Below, piece by piece: positions 51,201 to 60,393 of a DNA stretch of 64,000 bases. Source of the DNA: Meyerozyma guilliermondii (lineage: Eukaryota); the NCBI GenBank assembly GCA_051546255.1, contig CP128821.1, forward strand, positions 124,001-188,000, read 5' to 3'. Position 1 is the stretch's first letter. Each line of letters begins with the position of its first letter. The position numbers were made by a program, and so were the translations under genes. The notes under the pieces were generated by a model. The model was not told where the DNA came from and searched no databases. It saw nothing but the letters and a program-made list of their open reading frames with translations.

Positions 51201-53948
51201 ATGCGATCTTTTATCAAATCACATCGAAAGAATGACTCATTTAGCTCGGAAATCTCCGATGATTTCAACCAGAACCAAGCAAAAACTCCAACTTCATCTC
51301 AGTTCCCCTACAATCCGCAATTTACACCTCCATTCCAACCGAGTACCCATTCCCGAAGTTCACCCAAAAAGCTATTGACTCCCATCAGAAACTTGTTTTC
51401 CTCGCTGGGACACCACAGTAAGACAAATTCAATCTCTTCTGCTTCAGATCGATTGACTGATGTGATCCAATCGGGACCACCTTCTGCTTTACCTTCTAAG
51501 CATCGGTCAGAAAAGGACCAATTCAATGTCCAGGGACACTCCTCGTTCACCAATTTGTCGAGGTTTGCAAACAAGCCCCAAGAACACGATGAAGATGCAT
51601 TATCAGACTACATTCCAAGAAACCATATAGATAGCAAGAGCCGTCCCAGCTATCGAATATCTTCTTCATCTGGCTCATTATTCGACGATAAGACTTCAAA
51701 GACTTCAGTATCGCAGCAGCAAAGCTCGATCAACTCGAAACAAGACCCATTTACAAGTAGCATTGGAAAAAACGATCCTTCTTCACGCTACGCTGTGGAT
51801 GGCCAGCTACTACAACCACTTCAAATGAATGAGGAAACTGCGAATGACTCAAACAGCTCGCTCGTGGATAGCGTGGAAAACTTTCGTACTGAGGGCGTAT
51901 CGTTTCTGACACCCAAGTTTGTGAGGCAGAGTTTGACCTCAGAGGAGGCACACGAAAATGAATCAGCAGAAACAGAAGACGATGATGACGATGTATCTGA
52001 CAACTCATCGCAATTCTCATTTGTCAGAGATAAACGAGGTGGCAGAAATACTTCGGTAAAATATTACAAGACTCCTCATACAAATCTCGAAACCCTGAAC
52101 ACTTTGAACCCACGAGACTTTGGCTTTGAAGACGATGCTTACTCTGATTACGACTTTGAGAATAATGGTATGGACGACGAAGACATGTTCGACTCCGGTG
52201 GTGAAGAAGAAGAAGAAGTTAACTATAACAAGCTCTTTGATGACGATGACGCTCCTGCTAGTCATCCTATCGAATCTCATGCACTTGAACCTAGTGCCGT
52301 TCCTGTCTTCAGTTTTCAATCAAATTACAAAAATCATAGCAGTTCAGAACTATTGTGGGGTCCGCTAGCAGAGCGACATAAAGATGATGAAGCTAAAGAC
52401 ACTTCGAGACGCAAGCTGGCATCGTTATCTTCAAATCAAGACAGCCGTCGCATATACAACAAAAGCTATCATTTATCGATCGATGGGTTCGAGGAACTGG
52501 ACATTCAATCTGCTTCGGATTTGGGTGAGGATATTCTAGAAAACTACCTAGAGCTGCCTTATGAACCCTATTCACAACACAGTATTTACGAGGCTACCCC
52601 CGAACCAACAAGTTCTCCTTCCCTTGAGCTATTCGACCTTAATTCACCATTAATCAACGGCGTTACAATTGGAAACAACTTGTTTCACCGCTTTGGAAGT
52701 ATCCGAAGCGATACCGACGGAAAAAGGTTGGAGAGCAGTGCTAATAAGATGTTCATTCATAGGCACGACTCCCAACGTCTGAACGAACACGACAAAGCAA
52801 GAAATATTGCAACCAATGAGAATAAAGATCATAGCCTCAAAAAGATTCGTGCATTTCACGGATCAGTCGATCATGGCTTGAACTCAGCTCTCGAAGAAAA
52901 GGTGAAAGAGTTTGAAAGCTTTCAGAAGAAACGCTTAGAGCTTTCATCAAAGGTCAATAATCTGAGAGAAGAGACTCCAGAGCCTCTGGAGCATGTGGGT
53001 TTGGGAATCTTGCCCAGTTCGGTTCAGGAATCGAACGACCTGTCTTTGAGTTTTGAGGCTAGCGGAAGTCGTAATGGCAAAGACTCAGAGGTCACGAAGC
53101 CCAATCATCAAGTGAGAAGCTCAATCACTCAGATGATGGACATTTTGAGCGGAATTGGCCAAGAAGTGGCTCCTAAGAACAAGCGTGAGTCTGTAGACGA
53201 CATGATGAAACGACTTGCTATTCTAGAGTCTAATCATTCGGAGAAACCTGACCGCGAGGAAAAAGATACAAGAAACAGGAACAATCAGATGAAGCATACT
53301 ACAGAACCAAATCTGTTTCAAACCAAGAGGACGGTAAGTGGAAAGAGGTATTCATGGTGCGAGAGCGAGAGTTTCCATGATGATGAAGCGCCATCTATTC
53401 ACATAGACGATGAAAATGCCCCAATGGAACGTCGCAATAGTGACGAGGAACTTTTAGATGAAGTTAACCAGATACCAGAGGATTATGATTTTGAAAGTCA
53501 AAAAGGTGGTAACAATCACTTGAGCGCTAATTATCTCGAAGGAGCATTTTTAAGGTCCAACTCATTCAAAAAGAGGCCTTTAAAGGTTATGATGGACTAC
53601 AAGTTTGCAAACAATAAGATCGAAACCGGTAGAAAAACTGTAACGTTTTACCGAAGCAACTCGTTGAACCTCGATATATCTAGAAGCAGAAGCGTAAGCC
53701 GTGCACCATCGACCCGCTCAATGAGGTCTTTCGTGTCCATGAATGAGGAACCTGAAAATGAAGAAGCTTCGAACAACGAGGAAAAATTGGACGATATTCT
53801 TTCAAGAGCTGAAAAGTCTAGTCTGGCGAACCGACCCACCTTTAAGCTTACGGTGCGTAGGGACGATAATTTCGACGTTGAGAGAACTCCTTCGTTACTA
53901 GGAACCATCTGTGAGTCCGATAGTCCCAGGCGTTCCAACGAGAGCTGA
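51201..53948 (+). CDS. ZRG8: Zrg8-like largely disordered protein
   Basis: MRSFIKSHRK N-terminus and acidic tract followed by SQFSF...RNTSVKYY, as recalled for Zrg8. Confidence 0.65.
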   Translation: MRSFIKSHRKNDSFSSEISDDFNQNQAKTPTSSQFPYNPQFTPPFQPSTHSRSSPKKLLTPIRNLFSSLGHHSKTNSISSASDRLTDVIQSGPPSALPSKHRSEKDQFNVQGHSSFTNLSRFANKPQEHDEDALSDYIPRNHIDSKSRPSYRISSSSGSLFDDKTSKTSVSQQQSSINSKQDPFTSSIGKNDPSSRYAVDGQLLQPLQMNEETANDSNSSLVDSVENFRTEGVSFLTPKFVRQSLTSEEAHENESAETEDDDDDVSDNSSQFSFVRDKRGGRNTSVKYYKTPHTNLETLNTLNPRDFGFEDDAYSDYDFENNGMDDEDMFDSGGEEEEEVNYNKLFDDDDAPASHPIESHALEPSAVPVFSFQSNYKNHSSSELLWGPLAERHKDDEAKDTSRRKLASLSSNQDSRRIYNKSYHLSIDGFEELDIQSASDLGEDILENYLELPYEPYSQHSIYEATPEPTSSPSLELFDLNSPLINGVTIGNNLFHRFGSIRSDTDGKRLESSANKMFIHRHDSQRLNEHDKARNIATNENKDHSLKKIRAFHGSVDHGLNSALEEKVKEFESFQKKRLELSSKVNNLREETPEPLEHVGLGILPSSVQESNDLSLSFEASGSRNGKDSEVTKPNHQVRSSITQMMDILSGIGQEVAPKNKRESVDDMMKRLAILESNHSEKPDREEKDTRNRNNQMKHTTEPNLFQTKRTVSGKRYSWCESESFHDDEAPSIHIDDENAPMERRNSDEELLDEVNQIPEDYDFESQKGGNNHLSANYLEGAFLRSNSFKKRPLKVMMDYKFANNKIETGRKTVTFYRSNSLNLDISRSRSVSRAPSTRSMRSFVSMNEEPENEEASNNEEKLDDILSRAEKSSLANRPTFKLTVRRDDNFDVERTPSLLGTICESDSPRRSNES

Positions 53949-54015
53949 ATTTGAATGAATGAGTAAATTGCATATGTGCCTTAAGCACAACTATTTTAAT
54001 ATTAATGTATTAAAT

Positions 54016-56871
54016 CTATTTCTCTTGAACAATCGGGAGTTGATTCTGTCCTTCAGCTTGGCGAATGGTCTGCAATTTGGAGTAACGACGATTGGAATAG
54101 CGGCTGCTTGATTTTGAAAGTTCCCTTCCAGGAACAGCCAAACTCTTCTGGTATCTCTGAGATATCAGAGGACGGCCAATTGCCGCTAATTGGTCTCTCG
54201 GTTTGAGCTTCAAGGCTGTTTCAGATCTGGCATTCGAGTCGAAAGAAGCACCGCTGGAGAAAGAAGCTGATGATGAGGTTGTAGAGTTGGTTCTGAATAA
54301 CCAATTGTCGTTGCGATATTTGGAGTAGATACTCTCCAACTCATCCTTTTGGTCGTCGTCGACCAAGACAACTTCAACTGGCTTACCTTCCTTTGTCTTC
54401 TCTGTGATTGACATATAAGATGCGGTGGAGTTATTTCTCTTCACAGTGCATATGTCGAATTTGTCTTCTGTCAAATCTATTACCACACTTTCTGTGTCTG
54501 AAGCAGCAGTAGAGTCATTGCTAATAGCTGATCTACTCGACTGATAGCTGGTAGCAGAATTCGACGAATTGTCGTCAAATCTTGGCTTTGGAGGGAGCCT
54601 GAACATTTGACGCTCGAAAGATGGAACCGTTTTCTCAGACAGTCGTGGGGGAATATAGATGTCATTGGTAGCTTTACCCTTCAAGTCAAGCTTCTCCATT
54701 TTTCCTAACGTCTTTCTGAGATGTTCAGTGAATGTGCGGTCCAATCCATGTGGAGTCTGCATTTCGTCATCACCCTTCTCGACCTCTGTAAAGTCTACCT
54801 CGTAGGAGATCTTTTTCGGAGGCTCGTTGACGATAATGTTTTCCGTTTCTTCAGTATCTTTCACACTTTCAAATTTTGAAGGCTCGTTCGTTCTCACTGA
54901 TTCTCTCATATTCATTGAGAACAAACTGTCTAGGTCGACAGACTTGGATCTGGTATGGCCCCGTCTGTGGCCCATTGCTCTCATGTTGACAGGAGGCTGC
55001 AATTGTGGTTGAGTTTCGGTAACTTCTTGAGGTAATGGAGGAAGAGACTTCTGGGTTCCTGACGAAAGACATGGAGTTGATTTAGATTTTGGAGTAGTTG
55101 AGTATGCGGAATAGGTAATTGATTCCATACCACTGTCCGAATCAGCATCGGAGCCATGGTACATGTTTTGAAATTGAAGTTGAACCACCTGTTTGGCAGC
55201 TTGACTAGGAAATCCTATGGGCTCCAATACCAGCAGTCCAGCCTCTGACTTGGAACTTGATTCATCTTTAGTTTCTCGAGCGTCCTCTTTAGTGCCTTGA
55301 TATACAGCTAAGTATTGAGAACTCTCACTCCAATTGTAGTTGGAACTAAGGTTATCAATATCAGGAATTTCAATCTGTCCAGCAGAGGTGGAGAAATTGA
55401 ATTTTGTGGACTTGTTCTCATATGGGTCCTTGCGGGACTTTATAGAAGGGCTGTTGGTGATATTAGTGGTATTATTCGGAAAGCTGAACTCTCTTCCTGC
55501 GCCATTATTTCCGTGGCTCAAGATTGGTTGTGAGGTGACGTCGTCGTCTGGTTTCTTCAGCTTTTCACTTTCCAGTGTCGCTTTCCGCTCAACAGATATT
55601 GGAAGGTCGACATTGGACAAGTAAAGGCTATTGACGACGGTATTCTTATTTGTTTCGGACGCATTTTCCACACTGGAGTCTGTCCATGAATCTTCGCCTT
55701 CAGATTCTATTTGAGAATCTTCAGCTGACTCTTCTGCTACCATGGACTTACCATCACCAATAGTAATATCGACACTGTTCTGGAGCGAGTCCCAAGATGC
55801 TGAGCTCGCTGTAATGGAGCTATTTTCTGACTCGGAGTACGATGCAGAAGTGGACTCAGAATCAGATTCTGCCACCACACTTTCGTCCTTGTTAGGAAAA
55901 TTGCCAAACCCTCGTCTGAAATCGGACACCAGTCGACCACGAACAGCCTCTTCAACGGAGCTGAAGGACCTTGAGGAAGAGACAGCCGACCCTTCGCTGA
56001 AAAGTCGAATTTGCTCTCTATATGGGGAATTGTCAGAGTCTCTTACCTGGGAGAAGTTTGCAATTGTAGTGGTCTTTTGCAATTGATGGTCATTTTGGGC
56101 AGCCGGAGGAGGTTTTCTTTGAAGGTTTACTGAACCGAAGCGAAGCTTCTCTGCTTCCAAGTCCATTGGATAAGGAACCGGATGTATTGGTCCAGACTTG
56201 GAAGTTTTCATGGATTTTACAGGCTTTGCAGGAACAGCAGGTGGAGTTTCCTGAGCAAGCTCACGAAGCCTTGAATGCAAACTTGATGCACGAGAATTTC
56301 CAGCGCTGGGAACCTCATTGATCACACTCATTTCGTCAAGATCTTTTTTGGGTTTGGTATAAATTCCCTTGGGACCACTTGGAGATTTGGTGGGTGTCTT
56401 TGGAGACATGGCAATAGCCTTGTTGAGTTGAGCTTCCAGGAAACTATTACCGTCATCAGAGTCAACCATTTCGTATCCACTCCCAGTGTACATGAGACGA
56501 CTGGGGGACTTTTGGCGTTCAGGAGACAGAGCACAAGAAGATGCCGGGGTTCTGTTCCTCGGACTCAATTTTGGGGGCAACTGAAGAGTAAATGGAATGG
56601 GAATCACATACTTGCTGCCAGAGCCAGCAGCATTGATATGCAAGCGTTTTGATAGCGGAGACTTTGAAAGGAGTTTGAGCTCATCGCTGACTCTTGAACC
56701 TCCAGAAGAGACCGATTTGATGTCTTCTTCGGTGGCATAAGGTATGGGAGGAAGATCCACACGAGTGATTCTCTTTTTGATGGGAGAGCTGGATCGTGCT
56801 CTTCTTTGATCATAAGCTCCATCAAGGTGCCGACCACTCCTGTTCAATACTTGATCGTCAAGGGTTGGCAT
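54016..56871 (-). CDS. Ser-rich disordered protein, possibly Fir1-like
   Basis: 951 aa; HTRSKS motif; convergent with ZRG8, the arrangement of FIR1/ZRG8 in S. cerevisiae. Identity is tentative. Confidence 0.6.
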   Translation of the reverse strand: MPTLDDQVLNRSGRHLDGAYDQRRARSSSPIKKRITRVDLPPIPYATEEDIKSVSSGGSRVSDELKLLSKSPLSKRLHINAAGSGSKYVIPIPFTLQLPPKLSPRNRTPASSCALSPERQKSPSRLMYTGSGYEMVDSDDGNSFLEAQLNKAIAMSPKTPTKSPSGPKGIYTKPKKDLDEMSVINEVPSAGNSRASSLHSRLRELAQETPPAVPAKPVKSMKTSKSGPIHPVPYPMDLEAEKLRFGSVNLQRKPPPAAQNDHQLQKTTTIANFSQVRDSDNSPYREQIRLFSEGSAVSSSRSFSSVEEAVRGRLVSDFRRGFGNFPNKDESVVAESDSESTSASYSESENSSITASSASWDSLQNSVDITIGDGKSMVAEESAEDSQIESEGEDSWTDSSVENASETNKNTVVNSLYLSNVDLPISVERKATLESEKLKKPDDDVTSQPILSHGNNGAGREFSFPNNTTNITNSPSIKSRKDPYENKSTKFNFSTSAGQIEIPDIDNLSSNYNWSESSQYLAVYQGTKEDARETKDESSSKSEAGLLVLEPIGFPSQAAKQVVQLQFQNMYHGSDADSDSGMESITYSAYSTTPKSKSTPCLSSGTQKSLPPLPQEVTETQPQLQPPVNMRAMGHRRGHTRSKSVDLDSLFSMNMRESVRTNEPSKFESVKDTEETENIIVNEPPKKISYEVDFTEVEKGDDEMQTPHGLDRTFTEHLRKTLGKMEKLDLKGKATNDIYIPPRLSEKTVPSFERQMFRLPPKPRFDDNSSNSATSYQSSRSAISNDSTAASDTESVVIDLTEDKFDICTVKRNNSTASYMSITEKTKEGKPVEVVLVDDDQKDELESIYSKYRNDNWLFRTNSTTSSSASFSSGASFDSNARSETALKLKPRDQLAAIGRPLISQRYQKSLAVPGRELSKSSSRYSNRRYSKLQTIRQAEGQNQLPIVQEK

Positions 56872-57377
56872 TGAACCGTGTTGAAGAAGTCCCTGAATTG
56901 ATTTTGTAGTTTTTCAATGCTGAACTTTGACGGGATCTTTCAGTCTTCTGCTGGCTCACGTACGGAGAAAAGAACAAAGAGGCAGTCCGTATAAGAATAA
57001 TAACAGGTGGCTTTACTACCTGCAAGCACTTGGGGCGTGTGGACAATGGAAGTCTTTGTTTGAAACTCATGTCGGGTTAAATGGGAAAACCAGGTGTTTA
57101 CATCTTTCCACATCGGGAATTTTAATTGGCGACATGATGCGGGCGGGTTTTTATTTTCTTCTCACAACCTTCGTATCTATTAATGGAAGTGGACGGCGAG
57201 GGGGCCAATTATGACAGAGGCATTGTAATAGCTAAAATGTAGGCTTAATTCAAAGTGACACTTTACTGTCATTAATGAGAACTGGTACCCTTTAATCTGT
57301 TGCAGACTTAGACTTACCGATCACGTGATGGAAACCATATACAGGATCCAGTATTGGGTGCAAAAACGGTTGCATCT

Positions 57378-57386
57378 ATTTGTGCC
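57378..57386 (-). promoter_or_regulatory. Ndt80 middle-sporulation element (MSE) upstream of the septin gene
   Basis: ATTTGTGCC, reverse complement GGCACAAAT (gNCRCAAAW); TCACGTGA also present at 57321. Confidence 0.55.
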
Positions 57387-57395
57387 ACTAGTTAA

Positions 57396-58616
57396 ATGAG
57401 TGACGACGACCCTGCAAAAGTAGGACTTCATTTTGTTGCCAGCCAGCAGGTCAAGAAGTGTGCTCGTGATGGATGTCGGTTCACGCTTATAATTGTAGGT
57501 GCTTCTGGAAGTGGTCGAACAACACTAATGAATACCTTGTTTGGCGCAGAAATATTTCCTTACGATACTTTGGAGCACGACACTTTTCATAGGTATGAGT
57601 ACCAATTGTGTGAAAACGGTGTCAATTTACAAGTTACTTTGATTGATACTGGTGGATTGCACCCATCTGACTATTCCTATTCTAGCGTTGCTCGGTATAT
57701 TGATGCCCAACATTTCCAACACATTTTTCAAGAAGAACAACCAGCAAGAAAAAACTTGAGAGATGATAGGATCCATTGTTGTCTTTACTTTATTTCACCA
57801 AAGAACCGTGAAATAACTACCCAAGAATTGAATGCCATGAGAGACTTGAGCACGAGGGTTAATTTGGTTCCTATTTTGGGAAAGTGTGATACATTCTCTC
57901 CGGCAGAATTGGAAACCATCAAGATGAGAGTACGTGAAACCCTTCAACAAAATTCAATAGTGTGTGACTTATCGTCTGATGGTTCGTATCAAGATATGAC
58001 TGAACAGATCAGGGCACAAATGCCATATGCGGTAATTGGTTCCAATCAAGTCCATCCTAATTTCGAAGGAAAGATGGTCAGAGGGCGCAAATATGCATGG
58101 GGACTTGCCGAGGTTGAAAATGTAGACCACTGTGATTTCGTCACTCTTCGAACCTTGCTAATGACAAACCACATGTTGGACTTTATCCAGTCAACTGAGG
58201 TCCACTACGAGAAGTTTCGAGAATTTTGTCTCACAAAACGATTAGAATATTTCGAAAGAACCTATGGTGGTCCTGTGGACAAGTCTAGCTCGTTAAGTGT
58301 TTATGCTGCTTACCATCGGGTGTCGATGGAATTGACTTCAAACAACCTAATTTTCGAGGATGTTTCTTTACGAGGCAAAGAAGCAGAAATGAAAAACAAA
58401 ATCACCAGAGATGTACAGGTTCAGGAAAACAAGTTCAAAGAGTGGAAAAGAGAGCTAGTTGCAACCCAAGACTTCCTCAACAAAGATATCGACCAAATGC
58501 AAGAAAAGTGTCTTCAGTTGAAACGGGAAATTGCCATGTACGAGTCAAGCGAGTCGAATGTATTGGACGACACACTTACTACTCCCGAAGATATGTCGTT
58601 AGCTTCTATTGAATAA
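57396..58616 (+). CDS. SPR3: Septin, probably sporulation-specific Spr3
   Basis: DDRIHCCLYFI, RVNLVP and RGRKYAWG..EVEN..HCDF with C-terminal coiled coil; MSE upstream; near PEF1 and snR48 as in S. cerevisiae. Confidence 0.75.
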   Translation: MSDDDPAKVGLHFVASQQVKKCARDGCRFTLIIVGASGSGRTTLMNTLFGAEIFPYDTLEHDTFHRYEYQLCENGVNLQVTLIDTGGLHPSDYSYSSVARYIDAQHFQHIFQEEQPARKNLRDDRIHCCLYFISPKNREITTQELNAMRDLSTRVNLVPILGKCDTFSPAELETIKMRVRETLQQNSIVCDLSSDGSYQDMTEQIRAQMPYAVIGSNQVHPNFEGKMVRGRKYAWGLAEVENVDHCDFVTLRTLLMTNHMLDFIQSTEVHYEKFREFCLTKRLEYFERTYGGPVDKSSSLSVYAAYHRVSMELTSNNLIFEDVSLRGKEAEMKNKITRDVQVQENKFKEWKRELVATQDFLNKDIDQMQEKCLQLKREIAMYESSESNVLDDTLTTPEDMSLASIE

Positions 58617-58760
58617 ATGTAATTTGCAGCCGAAAAGTGAGATGCACACGACCGGGGTATAAAAGGAAAAATTTGCAAGTGAGATTCTATTCTTTAAGTT
58701 TGCAGGCGAATTCATTATTTAAAGAAAGTGTATCGAGCTTCTATGAAGTTTTGCACAACG

Positions 58761-58932
58761 GTATGTACTCTTGCTTGCGAAACAATAACAGGATGAATTT
58801 TTATTTCACATATGTTTTTTCTGGCATCTCTAATGTTAGACCAGCTCTGCTGTGTCGATGAATACAACCTATGACAATTATCTGATACCGCAATGCGGGT
58901 TGTTTCTTTAAGTGACCATGTACTAACTGAAG
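58761..58932 (+). other. Spliceosomal intron of a non-coding host (contains snR48)
   Basis: GTATGT 58761; TACTAAC 58921-58927; AAG 58930-58932; TATAAAA 58658 and GAAAAATTT 58666 upstream. Confidence 0.8.
58775..58893 (+). ncRNA. SNR48: Box C/D snoRNA snR48-like
   Basis: C-like AGGATGA 58790; guide TTTTCTGGCATCTCTA (58817-58832) antisense to 25S UAGAGGUGCCAGAAAA with one G:U; D CTGA 58882; TTGCG/CGCAA stem. Confidence 0.85.
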
Positions 58933-59212
58933 GATTGTTAACAAAATATGAAACAGATGTGTAGAATGTAGAATGGTGGTTCAGTCAGATTGACCTGAAC
59001 TTCTTCCAATTCTAGCAATTAACCAATTGCTCAGAAACCATTTCCGATCTCTCAACACCATCGTTGGCCTTGTCACTGGTTCTACATTGATTTGTTGCCC
59101 ATTGGTTCCTTGGTCCTGCTTGTTCCTTGACCTGGGTTTTCTCCTCTAACTTTTGTCTTCTTCCATCCGCACACCAACCATATACATCATCTCAGCGCCG
59201 CGATTCACCAGC

Positions 59213-60259
59213 ATGTCCCACGATGGCAGTCCACTAAAAGCATCAGAAGTGCCACTTGTAGATGAGCTCTTTGACACAGTTGAGTCTCCAGGTCCAGAAG
59301 TCAACCATGAAGTACACCCCCAAGTGAATTTTATTCTTGACCACACTGCGTTCACAAAAGGAATAGGAAACATCAAACGGTGGTTTAATCCGGAATACGT
59401 CAAAACCGAGTGTTCACAGCAGAAACCACGTCTCAATTTGTTCATTCCTACGTACACTTTGCACGAATTTGACTACGTGAAGCGTGGGTTGACAATGACA
59501 GCGAGTAATGCTCGAGAAGCGATTGATTTTATCGACAAATTATCTGAAGGAGTTGAAAATCCACCATTGGAATACGACATTCAGTTGGAAGATGAAGCTC
59601 ACTCCTCAATTTCGTGGGAAGCTTGTCAAAAATACCAGGCTCACCACCCGGTTATTGGAGAGTTTCCCAATTACCAAACGCAATTTCGGTCCTCGAAATA
59701 TGGAAGGTCTCGACCCGACCACGAGAGCATTTCGTACGAGAACTCAGAGTCGTACCAGAGCGCAGCTGCACATGCCAATGAGCCAGCTCAGATGCCACCT
59801 CGACTTCGTTACATCATCAGACCATGTATCAAGATGATGTTCCAAAGTCCCCAACAAAAGAGCAAATGGACACTAGTAACGGAGGATGCCATCACGAAAA
59901 TATGGGCCAGTAGCTTTGGTATCAACTGTATGAACATCACCGAGGCCGAACTCCTTCTTTTCAAAGCATATGACGTGAACAACCTCAGACAGTACGATCC
60001 TAATCGCACAATTTTCGATCAAAATGGTCCCAACAGCATTCTCCAAGAAACAGTCGATACCTCTTCCTATCCCTACCAGCCTACAGAGACCAGTATGCCC
60101 AAAAAAGCAGCAAAAGCCAACAAGCACAAACCTCACCGTGGGAACTCTAAAGTTAACGCAGTCGTGAGAAATGAACGAGGAATTCAAAAAGAGCAATTTG
60201 ACAAAATCAACCATGCTCCTCGTGGCTCCGGAACACTATGGACCCCGGGAAGTAGATAG
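59213..60259 (+). CDS. NMD4: PIN-domain NMD factor Nmd4-like
   Basis: NFILDHTAFTKGIGNIKRW, IPTYTLHEFD and WTLVTED; ATG 59213. Confidence 0.8.
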   Translation: MSHDGSPLKASEVPLVDELFDTVESPGPEVNHEVHPQVNFILDHTAFTKGIGNIKRWFNPEYVKTECSQQKPRLNLFIPTYTLHEFDYVKRGLTMTASNAREAIDFIDKLSEGVENPPLEYDIQLEDEAHSSISWEACQKYQAHHPVIGEFPNYQTQFRSSKYGRSRPDHESISYENSESYQSAAAHANEPAQMPPRLRYIIRPCIKMMFQSPQQKSKWTLVTEDAITKIWASSFGINCMNITEAELLLFKAYDVNNLRQYDPNRTIFDQNGPNSILQETVDTSSYPYQPTETSMPKKAAKANKHKPHRGNSKVNAVVRNERGIQKEQFDKINHAPRGSGTLWTPGSR

Positions 60260-60393
60260 AGCCATTGTAATCAATAGTTTAACACACCCCAGCTTATAAC
60301 ACACTCTAGCGGTCAATCTCCTGCATACCAGCCGTAGCCGTAGCGGTGCGGATTTTTCTACAATCATATTCACACTGGTGGCTGTATTTCACC

